Assembly (NCBI GenBank): GCA_038891515.1
Contig: JAWAEB010000014.1
Location: 1 to 24,000, forward strand
DNA: 24,000 nt
DNA from: Nitrososphaerota archaeon
Lineage (GTDB): Archaea > Thermoproteota > Nitrososphaeria_A > Caldarchaeales > Caldarchaeaceae
Direction: 5' to 3'
The position numbers and the translations under genes were made by a program. This document shows, piece after piece, positions 13,571 through 23,398 of this stretch. How positions within the stretch are numbered: the first letter of the stretch is position 1; each line of letters starts with the position of its first letter. A model generated the notes under the pieces. The model ran no database searches and had not been told where the DNA came from. It saw only the letters and a list, made by a program, of their open reading frames with translations.

Positions 13571-15340
13571 CTACCTCTCCTCAGCTACCTTGGCCTCAAC
13601 CCTCTTCAACTGCCTGTTATACATGGCCACAATCTCCTCCGAAGTCGTGGCGTCCTCCGGGCTCTTATCGCTCCTAAGCCTTCCAGTATATCTTGGGAAC
13701 CGTATGGCCAGCCCGTACGCCTGCCTAACCATGCCTCTTGCACAGGTGTGTGCTGGGCTGAGGGTTATCTCGGCGCCTATTATCTCCAAAACCGTCCTGG
13801 GATCGACCCAAACGTCAGCGTCTATAAGGGAGTCCACCCTAGGGCTTCTATGTTCTATCCTCTGGCTGTTGACTAGGGATGTGAAGAGGTCGAGGTCTTC
13901 ATCCTTAAAGCCAGAGCCTACCTTACATACGGTTTGGAACACGTCTTGTCTGGGGTCATACGCGGCCATGAGTAGAGCACCATACTTGCCGGTTCTTCTA
14001 CCCCTTCCGTGGAAGGCGCCCACAACAACCAAGTCCACAGTGTCTATCATCTCGCTCCTGTAGTCTCGCTTGTACTTTATCCACTGCCAACCCCTAGCGC
14101 CAGCCCTATAGACCGAGTCCTCACCTATGGACTTGGCTATGACCCCCTCGCAGCCCAGCTCAACAGCCTCGCTGAACAGTCTTTCAATCTCGTCTGGGCT
14201 CGATACCAGCATCCCGCTGCTCAGCTTGACGGTCTCAGAGGTTTCAACCACCTTCTCCAGCACTGCGCGCCTCTCCATCAATGGCAGGGCTGTGAGATCA
14301 TCACCATCCAAGTATAGGATGTCAAAAAAGTACAGTGTTATGGGATACTCCTCAACGGCCTTCTCAATCTCCCTTTTCCGCCTCCTATGCATGAGCTCTT
14401 GGAAAGGCAACATCTCGCCCGTGTCGAGGGAGACCGGCACAGCCTCGCATTCCAGTATCGCTTCCCCAGCCTTCACGTTCTTTGATACCCTGGCTACGAC
14501 GTCTGGATACTGACTAGTGATGTTCTCCTGCCGCCGTGAGAAGATTTTAACCGATGAGTCCTGCTTGTGTATCTGCATTCTTTCTCCGTCGTACTTGAAC
14601 TCCACGAATGCCTTGCCGTCAGTCTTCCTGAGAATCTCCTCTGCGGATGAGAGTCTCTCAGCGAGCATGCATCTAACAGGCACGCCCACCCTTATCCGAA
14701 ACTTGGAAATGGCCTCCACACCCTCCATGGCCGCTGTCTTGGCCACCAGCCCTATGTCGGAGCTGATGTTGTATGCCCTCTCGAATAATGTCTTCTCACC
14801 ACCATATAGTTTGGACAGAGCTTCGAGCAGGGTCATATCAGCCACCCCCAGCCTCATTTTTCCCGTCACTATTCTAAGGATGTGCTTGGCCTCTATTGGT
14901 GAGGCTCGGGACAGTAGTCTGGAGAGGATTGCCAGTTTATTCTCCTGGGCACCTACGCCGGTAGAGCTTGCTATCTGCTCCAAGCTTTTATAGACATCTT
15001 CGACAGTGAGATCCGCTGTAGAGAGGGTGGTCTGAACCTTCTGACCCAGCAGAACCTCAGCTACGGAACCCACATCACCTAGGCGCGAATAAAGCTGGTG
15101 GACCGTGGATTCCTTGGCTCCTGAAACCCTCTGAACAGCCTTCAGGGCCAGCTTCTCCGCAACACCCAACTCCACACCCATATATGAGGGGTAGACCTCT
15201 CCCAGGGTCATGTAGGCAACCTTATCCACAATCTCTGCCGGTGTCTTGGAGAAAAGCTCCAGTAGAAGGTCTATCATCTCAAGTCTCTTCGTGACTGGCC
15301 CTAGGCGCTCATAGTATTCTGCTAAGTTTGCGAAACGCAT
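13571..15340 (-). CDS. lig: ATP-dependent DNA ligase
   Basis: 589 aa. Motif I EFKYDGERMQIH (adenylation Lys), EGVIAK, DLVVVGAFHGRGRRTGKYGALLMA, and motif VI LAIRFPRY. Confidence 0.95.
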   Translation of the reverse strand: MRFANLAEYYERLGPVTKRLEMIDLLLELFSKTPAEIVDKVAYMTLGEVYPSYMGVELGVAEKLALKAVQRVSGAKESTVHQLYSRLGDVGSVAEVLLGQKVQTTLSTADLTVEDVYKSLEQIASSTGVGAQENKLAILSRLLSRASPIEAKHILRIVTGKMRLGVADMTLLEALSKLYGGEKTLFERAYNISSDIGLVAKTAAMEGVEAISKFRIRVGVPVRCMLAERLSSAEEILRKTDGKAFVEFKYDGERMQIHKQDSSVKIFSRRQENITSQYPDVVARVSKNVKAGEAILECEAVPVSLDTGEMLPFQELMHRRRKREIEKAVEEYPITLYFFDILYLDGDDLTALPLMERRAVLEKVVETSETVKLSSGMLVSSPDEIERLFSEAVELGCEGVIAKSIGEDSVYRAGARGWQWIKYKRDYRSEMIDTVDLVVVGAFHGRGRRTGKYGALLMAAYDPRQDVFQTVCKVGSGFKDEDLDLFTSLVNSQRIEHRSPRVDSLIDADVWVDPRTVLEIIGAEITLSPAHTCARGMVRQAYGLAIRFPRYTGRLRSDKSPEDATTSEEIVAMYNRQLKRVEAKVAEER

Positions 15341-15431
15341 TACACCAATGTATCATATAAAGACCTGAATAAAAGTTGTAAAGGGTGCATAAGCTTTCCA
15401 GGGCGATGTTATGAAGGGATAGATTTATTAA

Positions 15432-16367
15432 ATGAACTGGGAAAGAGACGCCGAAGTCCGTTTGGTGTCACGCTCGGCGGATGTCCAATCTGAGGAACCC
15501 CGTTACAGGCTGCCTGTAGACTGGGTGACCGTCTCCAATCTGAGGCTCCCCCTCATGATATTGGAGGAGTACGGGGTTAGGCTGGCCTCTGTGCCCATCA
15601 TAAAGGCCTCGGTGGGGCTACCGGCTCACCAGAGGGGAATACACGCATCAAGAACATATGAGGCGATCTCGTCTGTGCTTGCTGAGGCCGCCCGGGCAGA
15701 TGGCAGAATAGCTTCTGAGATAGCTAGGAAAATGCTGGAGCTGCATAGCTATGGGATGGTCTCACGAGTTGTTATCAATGCGCAGGCCTTCTTCCTTGAG
15801 AAGACACCTGTTTACAACGCCGACTCCTACCAAGCCTTCGATGTGATGCTCAGGGCGGACGCGCTCAGGAGACCGGACGACATACGTACGAGGGAGCTCA
15901 TGGGTGTGAGGGTTTCCGGCGTCACAGCCTGCCCATGCGCCAAAGAGGTTATCAGAACCCTATACACCTCAGGTAAGGGTGGAGGGCTCCCCCTCGGAAC
16001 CCATATGCAGAGAGCACGGGCCTCGGTGGCCACTGAAAGTCATCCAAGTGTTAGGCTGTCCGACCTTGTCAGCATAGCGAGAGACAGTTTCAGCAACGGG
16101 ACAGTTGAGTATCTCAAGAGGCTTGACGAGGCCAGACTGGTGGTGGAGGCCATAGAAAAACCAAGATTCGTCGAGGATGTGGCTAGGGAGATTGTCTTCA
16201 GGATGGTGTCCAGCTTCCCCACAGTTCCAGATGGTAATCTCATATTAGTTGGGGTGAAGGCATTCGAGAGTATACATGATCACGACTTGGAGGCTAGGCT
16301 GCGAACAACATTTGGCGAGGCTAGGGAGAGACTGGGTATAGGGTTTGGAACTACGACGATGGCTTGA
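15432..16367 (+). CDS. mptA: GTP cyclohydrolase of the MptA/FolE2 family (COG1469)
   Basis: 311 aa: ..DVQSEEPRYRLPVDWVTVSNLRLPL.., GVTACPCAKE, GTHMQRARASV (HxQR motif). The start is uncertain. A TTTATTA box abuts the ATG, so a TTG/GTG near 15461-15466 just before SADVQ is possible. Confidence 0.8.
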   Translation: MNWERDAEVRLVSRSADVQSEEPRYRLPVDWVTVSNLRLPLMILEEYGVRLASVPIIKASVGLPAHQRGIHASRTYEAISSVLAEAARADGRIASEIARKMLELHSYGMVSRVVINAQAFFLEKTPVYNADSYQAFDVMLRADALRRPDDIRTRELMGVRVSGVTACPCAKEVIRTLYTSGKGGGLPLGTHMQRARASVATESHPSVRLSDLVSIARDSFSNGTVEYLKRLDEARLVVEAIEKPRFVEDVAREIVFRMVSSFPTVPDGNLILVGVKAFESIHDHDLEARLRTTFGEARERLGIGFGTTTMA

Positions 16368-17139
16368 GATATACTCAGACATCTGTGAGATTCTTGGGCT
16401 TGACCCAGGTATGGATATGGAGTCCGCTAGAGTTCTGGCGGCGCTGTTGAAAGGGCGGTGTCTCACCTACTCCCAACACAAAACCCTGTTGGACACCAGT
16501 GATTCCGTGGTTATCTTCGGTGCTGGCCCATCCCTGCTTCGGGACTTAGACGAGGCCATACCCTTTCTCTCAGGGTCGAAGACAGTTAAGGTGGCTGCCG
16601 ATGGAGCATGCAGAGCATTCTTGGAGCGGGGGCTCACACCCGACGTGGTTGTGACAGACCTAGACGGCGGAGAGGATTGCCTTACTGAATGCTCTGAGAG
16701 AGGCTCCTTGATGGTTGTGCACGCCCACGGTCACAACATAGATTTGATCCGGTCCATCGTCCCAAAGCTTAAGGGATGGATTGTGGGGACAACACAGACT
16801 GTCCCGATACAGCCTCTGGAGAATTTCGGCGGGTTCACCGACGGTGACCGGGCGGTCTGTATGTTTGAGGAGCTGGGCTTCAGGCACATACTTGTAGCGG
16901 GGATGGATTTTGGTGGGGAGGTGGGCCCATACTCTAAACCCCACCACCTCGATGGCGAGAACTTAGCGAGGAAGAGGCTGAAGCTCAAGATAGGCCTACA
17001 GATATGCTCCTCACTGGCCGAGAGAACCAAGTCCAGATGCTATGACCTAACCTCAGACTCCCACGGTATTCCAGGATTTATCAAGAGCTCATGGGCGGAC
17101 CTGCGTGAAATACTTATGAGCGGCGGCGCCAGAAGGTGA
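16345..17139 (+). CDS. mptE: 6-hydroxymethyl-7,8-dihydropterin pyrophosphokinase, MptE-like (DUF115 family)
   Basis: 264 aa: W.EIYSDICEILGLD..D.ESARVLAALL, VVIFGAGPSL, VAADGA, VVTDLDG, VHAHGHN, AGMDFGG. The TTG start overlaps the mptA 3' end by 23 nt. Confidence 0.7.
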   Translation: MELRRWLEIYSDICEILGLDPGMDMESARVLAALLKGRCLTYSQHKTLLDTSDSVVIFGAGPSLLRDLDEAIPFLSGSKTVKVAADGACRAFLERGLTPDVVVTDLDGGEDCLTECSERGSLMVVHAHGHNIDLIRSIVPKLKGWIVGTTQTVPIQPLENFGGFTDGDRAVCMFEELGFRHILVAGMDFGGEVGPYSKPHHLDGENLARKRLKLKIGLQICSSLAERTKSRCYDLTSDSHGIPGFIKSSWADLREILMSGGARR

Positions 17140-17166
17140 GATTGAGACAAAAAGCCAAATTATCAG

Positions 17167-20100
17167 GTGGGAAATGGGTTAATACCCGACGACGGGGATG
17201 CATTAAACTTGGCAAGGTATGACCCTAGTGAAGTAGAGCAGCGCGTAACCGACAAATGGAGCCGAGAGTCTATACCGGCGAAGGTTCTCCACCACAGGGC
17301 AGGTGGCCCCCTATACTCATTCCTGGAGGGCCCCCCGACCGTGAACGGGTATATGCATGTGGGGCATGCTAGGGGTAGGGTCTACAAAGACATAGTGCTA
17401 CGTTATCGCACGATGAGGGGGTTTGACGTGTGGAGGAGGGCTGGATGGGATTGTCAAGGGCTTCCCACGGAGCTGGAGGTGGAGAAGAGGCTGAGGATAT
17501 CTAGCAAGAAGGACTTGGAGAAGATTGGTCTGGAGAAGTTTGTGGAGGAGGCCAACCGTGTCATCGACTATTATATCGCTCATTGGAGAGGAGCCAGTGA
17601 GAGGCTTGGACTCTGGCTAGACTATGACTCCGCCTACGAGACGAGGAAAAACGAGTATATGGAACATGTCTGGGCACTACTCAAACAGGCGTATGAGATG
17701 GGCGACCTAGTTGAGAGCCTGAGAGTCGTGCCCACATGTCCACGATGCGAGACGCCCCTCTCGCAGCATGAGCTGGCTCAGGGATATGAGGAGATACAGG
17801 ACCCCTCGATTTATGTGAAGTTCCCCACATACGATCCTTCGAGATACATACTGATTTGGACAACAACGCCTTGGACAATACCCGGCAATGAAGGAGTCGC
17901 CATAGACGAGGAGGGCAAATATGTTGAGGTGCGGGTGGGTTCCGAGAGATGGATTATCGCCGAGGCTGCCCTACCGCGTCTAATACCTGAGCTTGGAATT
18001 CAGCACTACTCCGTCGTCAAGACCTATGATGGGAGACAGCTTATTGGGACGCCCTATAACCATCCGCTGGTCGGCGAGGTACCTCACCACAAGGGGCATG
18101 GACACCATATCATAGCTGGGAGGGCAATATCTATGGAGGAGGGGACAGGATGCGTCCACATAGCACCGGCCCACGGCCCGGAGGACTTTGAGCTGGGCAG
18201 GGAGAATGGGCTTCCTGTCTTCTGCCCAGTGTCGGAGCAGGGATATTTCACATCTGTCGGCGGCAAATATGCTGGGAAATCTGTTGAAGATGTATCACGG
18301 GAAGTCATTAACGACCTTAGGTCAAAAGGTCTCCTAGCTAAGGAAGGCGAGATACTCCACAACTATCCCCTCTGCTGGAGATGTGGTACAAGACTTATTT
18401 ATCTGGCCAGCGTCCAGTGGTTTCTTAAAGTTGATAGAATAAAGAGGACGATGGTCGAGGGAAATAGATCCGTCAAGTGGTGGCCCGAGTGGGCTGGTAG
18501 AAATAGATTTGGTGAGTGGTTGGAAAATGCTGATGACTGGTGTATAAGCCGCACCAAGGTCTGGGGCACGCCTCTACCTGTCTGGAGGTGTGAGGCTTGT
18601 GGGGCTGTGAAGGTTGTGGGTTCTAGAAAGGAGCTGGAAGATGCGTTGGAGAAGTCCGGAAAGGAGGACCTGCATAGACCATGGATAGACATGTATGTCT
18701 TCCAATGTAGAAGCTGCGGCGGTAAGATGAGACGCCTCCCATACGTTCTCGATACATGGCTGGACTCTGGAGTGGCTCACATGGCAAGTGTAAACTCGGT
18801 ATACGAGCCCAGCCTCTTCGAGAGGCTCTTCCCATACGACTTCGTTACAGAAGCAATAGACCAGACTAGGGGTTGGTTTTACACCCTCATGTTCACCTCA
18901 ACCCTCCTATTCGGCAGGCCTCCCTACAAATCGGTCTTGAACCAAGGACATGTATTGGACGAGTTTGGGAAGAAGATGTCCAAGTCGAGAGGTAACGTGA
19001 TATGGGCTGTGGATGCCTTCAACCAATACGGCGTGGACCCCCTGAGGATATATCTCGTCCACAAAGCTGAGCCTTGGAGCACTATAAACTTCGTACCATC
19101 CGAGGTTGTGCAGGTGAGGGAGCATTTGAACATCCTATGGAACGTCTTCAGCTTCGCCGAGACCTACTTCGCCATAGACCTGTTCAAGCCTGAGAAGCAT
19201 TCACCTAGAGACTACTTGGATGCACTCAGGCCGGAGGATAGGTGGATATTGACGAGGGTGAACAGGGTGGTGGAGAATGCGTCTCATCATCTCGAGGAGA
19301 TGGAGATAAACTCGGCATGTAGGGAGGTTTTAAGCCTAGTCGTTGAGGACCTTAGCCGGACCTATGTGAGGGCGATTAGGAGGAGGGCTTGGGGGGAGGA
19401 TGTGACAAGGGATAAGCTGGCTGCCTACTCCTGCCTTCACTACGCCCTCAGGAGAGTTCTACTACTCCTCGCACCCTTCGCACCCTACATAACCGAGACT
19501 CTCTTCGAGAGTATCCGACAGCCTGGAGATCCGGAGAGCATACATCTAACCGACTGGCCTCAGGTCGAGGAGGACCTCATGTGGGACAAGGTTGAAGAAT
19601 ATATGGATGTGGTGAAGGATGTGCTGAAAGCTATCCTAGCTGCCCGGCAGAGGGCAGGAAGAAGGCTTCGGAGCCCAGTTTCCCGCATAGTTGTGGTTCC
19701 GAAGACAGAGATTGCGAAAGAGGCGCTGAATTATTTCACCGAATATCTTGAAGCTTCATCTAACTGTAAGTTGCTGGAGGTGGCGGATGTGGGTGATGGG
19801 CCGCCTGAGATTGTCCAAGAGTTTGAGTTAAACCTCAGGCTTCTAGGTCCCCGGCTGGGCAGCAGTCTTACTCCACTGATTGAAACTTTGAGAAAGACAG
19901 GCAGCGATCCTCTTAGGAGGGCTTACGGTGAGGGTGTGGCCGAGGTTGTTCTCGCCGATGGTTCGAGAGTCAGCCTAACTAGGGATGAGGTGCTGGTTAA
20001 GACGAAGGTTCCGGAGAAGTATTCAGTTGGTGAGAGCCAGCATGCCGCGGTTTATGTGGATATCTCTGTTGCTGAAGACCTTGTGACGCTGTCATTGGTC

Positions 20101-20352
20101 AGGGAGGTGATCAGGCGGATACAGGTTATGAGGAAGGAGGCGGGTTTGAATGTCTTGGATAGGATAGAGTGTGTGGTAGCCACAGGTCCTGAGATAGCCA
20201 AGGCCCTTATGGCAGAAGCTGAGTACATCGAGGAGGAGACTAGGTCTAGGCTTGTAGTGGCTGAGCTAGGATCTGGCCGTGGTGGGGGATTTCACTGGAG
20301 GGAGTGGAAGATAGCTGGTGTAGATACGGTGATCGGGATCAGGCGTGTCTGA
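17167..20352 (+). CDS. ileS: Isoleucyl-tRNA synthetase
   Basis: 1061 aa. HIGH-type motif PTVNGYMHVGHARG, KMSKS motif GKKMSKSRGN, a CP1 editing-domain region (TTPWTIPGN), and zinc-binding CPRC/CWRC pairs. GTG start. Confidence 0.95.
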   Translation: MGNGLIPDDGDALNLARYDPSEVEQRVTDKWSRESIPAKVLHHRAGGPLYSFLEGPPTVNGYMHVGHARGRVYKDIVLRYRTMRGFDVWRRAGWDCQGLPTELEVEKRLRISSKKDLEKIGLEKFVEEANRVIDYYIAHWRGASERLGLWLDYDSAYETRKNEYMEHVWALLKQAYEMGDLVESLRVVPTCPRCETPLSQHELAQGYEEIQDPSIYVKFPTYDPSRYILIWTTTPWTIPGNEGVAIDEEGKYVEVRVGSERWIIAEAALPRLIPELGIQHYSVVKTYDGRQLIGTPYNHPLVGEVPHHKGHGHHIIAGRAISMEEGTGCVHIAPAHGPEDFELGRENGLPVFCPVSEQGYFTSVGGKYAGKSVEDVSREVINDLRSKGLLAKEGEILHNYPLCWRCGTRLIYLASVQWFLKVDRIKRTMVEGNRSVKWWPEWAGRNRFGEWLENADDWCISRTKVWGTPLPVWRCEACGAVKVVGSRKELEDALEKSGKEDLHRPWIDMYVFQCRSCGGKMRRLPYVLDTWLDSGVAHMASVNSVYEPSLFERLFPYDFVTEAIDQTRGWFYTLMFTSTLLFGRPPYKSVLNQGHVLDEFGKKMSKSRGNVIWAVDAFNQYGVDPLRIYLVHKAEPWSTINFVPSEVVQVREHLNILWNVFSFAETYFAIDLFKPEKHSPRDYLDALRPEDRWILTRVNRVVENASHHLEEMEINSACREVLSLVVEDLSRTYVRAIRRRAWGEDVTRDKLAAYSCLHYALRRVLLLLAPFAPYITETLFESIRQPGDPESIHLTDWPQVEEDLMWDKVEEYMDVVKDVLKAILAARQRAGRRLRSPVSRIVVVPKTEIAKEALNYFTEYLEASSNCKLLEVADVGDGPPEIVQEFELNLRLLGPRLGSSLTPLIETLRKTGSDPLRRAYGEGVAEVVLADGSRVSLTRDEVLVKTKVPEKYSVGESQHAAVYVDISVAEDLVTLSLVREVIRRIQVMRKEAGLNVLDRIECVVATGPEIAKALMAEAEYIEEETRSRLVVAELGSGRGGGFHWREWKIAGVDTVIGIRRV

Positions 20353-20407
20353 ATAGTAACCCTTATAACTATCTGAGAGATGGAGATGCGAGAACGGCGT
20401 AGAGAGG

Positions 20408-21124
20408 ATGAAGAAATCCACAGTAGGGCTGACTCTGAGCATCGTCGGCGTCGCTGTCATACTTGTCCCTGTATCGCTTTTCCTGATAACCGGCTACGGC
20501 TCTCCCATACAGAGGCTGCTGGACTCCCAATTTATTCTTGGACTTCCTCTCGGGGTCGTCATCTCAGCCGGAGGCGCAGCCACAGCTGCTGTGGGGGTTG
20601 TGTTGTTCATAAGGGGCATGCGGGCGATTGGAGCGTCCCCGCCCTTCGGCGTTTACAACAGGAGAGCTAGAGAGCCTTTCAGGCCATCTAGAGAGCAGAA
20701 CCTGAATGAGGTCGAGGTGGAGATTGAGAGGCTAATAAACGAGCAGGTCTCGGAAAGCGAGCCAAGGGTTGAGGTGCGTACACCCCAACCCCGTCAAGCG
20801 GTTATCAAGCCACCGCAGGCGGGGAAGCCGATGGAGGAGGCGGTAGCTAAGCAGATATCTAGGCCGAGGCCTCAGCCTTTGGAAGAAGCTCGGACATCTA
20901 AGGTGGAGGTGATCTCGAGGGGGCTGGACATGGTCTGCAGGGCTTGTGGTGCTGTGAACGCTCTCGGCCAGACGATATGCAGCGTATGTGGGGGCAGGAT
21001 ATTTGAGCCTAACCCGAAGCTACTACCTTGTCCGGTCTGCAGCGCACCGCTCGAAGGTGAGCATAAGGTGGGTGACAGGGTGATCTGCACAGTGTGCTTT
21101 TCTGAGCTGAGCGTTCGGAAATAG
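20408..21124 (+). CDS. Membrane protein with a C-terminal double zinc ribbon
   Basis: 238 aa: two N-terminal TM helices, a Pro/Gln/Glu-rich linker, then CRACGAVNALGQTICSVCGG and CPVCSAPLEGEHKVGDRVICTVCFSEL (four CxxC pairs). Confidence 0.65.
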   Translation: MKKSTVGLTLSIVGVAVILVPVSLFLITGYGSPIQRLLDSQFILGLPLGVVISAGGAATAAVGVVLFIRGMRAIGASPPFGVYNRRAREPFRPSREQNLNEVEVEIERLINEQVSESEPRVEVRTPQPRQAVIKPPQAGKPMEEAVAKQISRPRPQPLEEARTSKVEVISRGLDMVCRACGAVNALGQTICSVCGGRIFEPNPKLLPCPVCSAPLEGEHKVGDRVICTVCFSELSVRK

Positions 21125-21137
21125 CGGGTGTACAGGT

Positions 21138-21368
21138 GTGGAGGGGGCTAAACCACTACCAACAATCATGAGGAACCTCAACAAGCAGGTGAGGGTTTTT
21201 CTGAAGAGTGACCTATGTTACGAGGGTACCATGGTGGAATGTGACAATTACATGAACTTGGTCATAGATCATGCAGTGGAGTATATGGGTGACAGCAAGA
21301 CTGCTGGGTATCAGAGGGTGTTGATAAGGGGGAACAATGTCCTCTACCTCGTCCTCTTGGGTAAGTAA
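21138..21368 (+). CDS. Sm-like (LSm/SmAP) RNA-binding protein
   Basis: Sm1: VRVFLKSDLCYEGTMVECDNYMNLVIDHAVE. Sm2: VLIRGNNVLYLV. The GTG start is 13 nt after the upstream stop, and the conserved PL precedes the internal ATG. Confidence 0.85.
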   Translation: MEGAKPLPTIMRNLNKQVRVFLKSDLCYEGTMVECDNYMNLVIDHAVEYMGDSKTAGYQRVLIRGNNVLYLVLLGK

Positions 21369-21402
21369 CACTTTTCATAGTGGGTATCGTTGGGATAGGA
21401 AC

Positions 21403-21409
21403 TTAAATA
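21403..21409 (+). promoter_or_regulatory. TTAAATA TATA-like box upstream of the SAM synthetase gene
   Basis: acTTAAATAgg, centred about 32 nt before GTG 21438 and about 41 nt before ATG 21447. Confidence 0.4.
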
Positions 21410-21437
21410 GGGAGAGTCATGAGAGCACGCTCATAGG

Positions 21438-22676
21438 GTGTTAACCATGCCCGACAGCTTCGTAACCGTTGAAACTCTGGATAAGAAGACTGTTGAAGAG
21501 CAGCAGATCGAGTTTGTGGAGAGGAAGGGGTTGGGCCACCCAGACTACATTATAGACTCTGCCTGCGAGTCAGCCTCGATACAACTGTCCAAATATTATC
21601 TCCAGAAATTCGGCCGTATACTTCATCACAACTTGGATAAAGGGCTTCTTGTGGGGGGACGTGCGTTCAACACATTTGGCTATGGAAGGCTCGAGGAGCC
21701 CATCACGATCATAGTGGCTGGGAGGGCGTCCAAAATCCTCAAGTCGCCTACAGGCGACATCACTATCCCAGTAGATGAGATTGTGAAGGAGGCAGTCAAG
21801 TCCATGATCAGGGCCAACTTCAGATTTCTAGATCCCGATAAGCATCTGACTATTGAGACTAGGATTAGGGAGAGCTCTCCCGACCTCAAGGCAGTTGTGG
21901 AGGCTAAGGACACCATGCCATTGGCTAACGATACCTCTTTCGGTGTGGCCTTCTACCCATTGACACCTCTTGAGAGGATTGTATATGAGACTGAGAGGAA
22001 GCTCAACTCGCCACAATTCAAGAGCCGTGTGATGGAGAGTGGGGAGGACGTTAAGGTTATGGGACTTCGAAAGGGTAGCGAGTTGACCATAACCGTGGCC
22101 GATGGCATAGTAAGCACTCTTACGAAGGACAGAGACCAGTACCACGCTGTTAAGGAAAGGATAAGAGAGGAGGTTGAGAGGCTGGTGTCAAAGCTCGCTC
22201 CCCAGTTTACTGCCAAGGTTTATGTGAACACTGCCGACAAGTATGGGGTCCATGTAGACGATGAGGTTTTCTACCTGACCTTCACCGGCACCTCCGCCGA
22301 GCATGGTGATGACGGTAATACCGGCAGGGGGAACAGAACCAACGGTTTGATCACTCCCAACCGACAGATGTCGCTGGAGGCCGCAGCCGGTAAGAACCCC
22401 ACATCTCATGTAGGTAAGATCTACAATATACTCGCTAGACTGATAGCTGAGAGGATTTACTATGAGACGAAACAGGTCAGGGAGGTTTATGTCAGGCTCC
22501 TCAGCCAGATAGGTAGGCCCATAGATCAACCCCTTTCAGCCTCAGCACAGGTCATCCCTGTGGGAGCGTTCACATCCAACCTACGTAATGAGATTGAGCG
22601 CATTGTGGAGGACGAGCTCTCCAAGGTCACACGGATAACCGGCATGGTACTATCCGGTGAGGTGCTGGTCTTCTAG
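21438..22676 (+). CDS. S-adenosylmethionine synthetase, archaeal type
   Basis: 412 aa: [21 protein letters not shown] and ..[45 protein letters not shown].. are characteristic of the archaeal MAT family. The ATG at 21447 is an alternative start. Confidence 0.93.
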   Translation: MLTMPDSFVTVETLDKKTVEEQQIEFVERKGLGHPDYIIDSACESASIQLSKYYLQKFGRILHHNLDKGLLVGGRAFNTFGYGRLEEPITIIVAGRASKILKSPTGDITIPVDEIVKEAVKSMIRANFRFLDPDKHLTIETRIRESSPDLKAVVEAKDTMPLANDTSFGVAFYPLTPLERIVYETERKLNSPQFKSRVMESGEDVKVMGLRKGSELTITVADGIVSTLTKDRDQYHAVKERIREEVERLVSKLAPQFTAKVYVNTADKYGVHVDDEVFYLTFTGTSAEHGDDGNTGRGNRTNGLITPNRQMSLEAAAGKNPTSHVGKIYNILARLIAERIYYETKQVREVYVRLLSQIGRPIDQPLSASAQVIPVGAFTSNLRNEIERIVEDELSKVTRITGMVLSGEVLVF

Positions 22677-23392
22677 GACAGATATTGCCGAAGACCACTC
22701 CTCTTTCTCAGAACCTCGGTACAGGACCTAGGTGTAAGGCATTTAAACTCCACGCCAGTCCGGCCGCATAACTTGCTGGCGGTCCTCGATATTGAGGGGG
22801 CAGCAATTATCGCCCTAGGCCTCTCTCCCATCTCCCTCTCCAGTGATGTGGTATATCTCATCAGCTGCATAATATCATCTTGGCTGGCGCGTCTCTTCTT
22901 AAGCTCCACCACCACGAGCCGCCCCTCACTGTCCCTGCCCAGTACATCTATCCTACCCGTTTGGAAGACCTGCCTCTCATCCTCCAAGGGCTTGAACCCC
23001 TCTTCAATCAGTTTCGGTTCAAGTATAACAGCTCTCTTCATCTCCATCTCTGTAGCGTACATCTCAAATTCAGCCTCATCTATGAGGTGGAAGATGTAGA
23101 TCTCCGGAGGGTCTGGGAAAGTTATCACCAGCTTCTCCGACTTCCTAGTTACCGTTAGTACGAGACCTTCCTCACTTTCATCCACATCTATATGGGAGTT
23201 GGGAGGCTGCCAGTTGACCGGCTCATAGCCCTCAGGCCGGTGGACGAGGATACTCCTATCCCTCTTTATTATGACCAGTCTCTCACCCGGGCCTAAAGTG
23301 GATTCGCCCCGACCCTCATACCTCACCATACAACGGCCCACCAGCAGTACCACCTTTCTCGATTCTATAGCCGTCCTAATGCGCTGCGACAT
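22673..23392 (-). CDS. nucS: Endonuclease NucS (EndoMS)
   Basis: 239 aa. The N-terminal half reads ..GERLVIIKRDRSILVHRPEGYEPVNWQPP. The C-terminal RecB-like nuclease core reads GRIDVLGRDSEGRLVVVELKKRRASQDDIMQLMRY. Confidence 0.85.
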   Translation of the reverse strand: MSQRIRTAIESRKVVLLVGRCMVRYEGRGESTLGPGERLVIIKRDRSILVHRPEGYEPVNWQPPNSHIDVDESEEGLVLTVTRKSEKLVITFPDPPEIYIFHLIDEAEFEMYATEMEMKRAVILEPKLIEEGFKPLEDERQVFQTGRIDVLGRDSEGRLVVVELKKRRASQDDIMQLMRYTTSLEREMGERPRAIIAAPSISRTASKLCGRTGVEFKCLTPRSCTEVLRKRSGLRQYLS

Positions 23393-23398
23393 CTCCTC

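Noticed and set aside
20380-20670. A 96-aa Arg-rich ORF overlapping the start of the membrane zinc-ribbon gene.
   Set aside because: It is an alternative frame of a better-supported gene with TM helices and CxxC motifs. Its composition (RRRRED, RRRRCH) is typical of an out-of-frame artefact.
21411-21437. The palindrome ATGAG-agcacg-CTCAT between the TATA box and the SAM synthetase start as a SAM-responsive riboswitch or operator.
   Set aside because: The stem is only 5 bp and the leader is far too short for any known SAM riboswitch class. No support beyond position.
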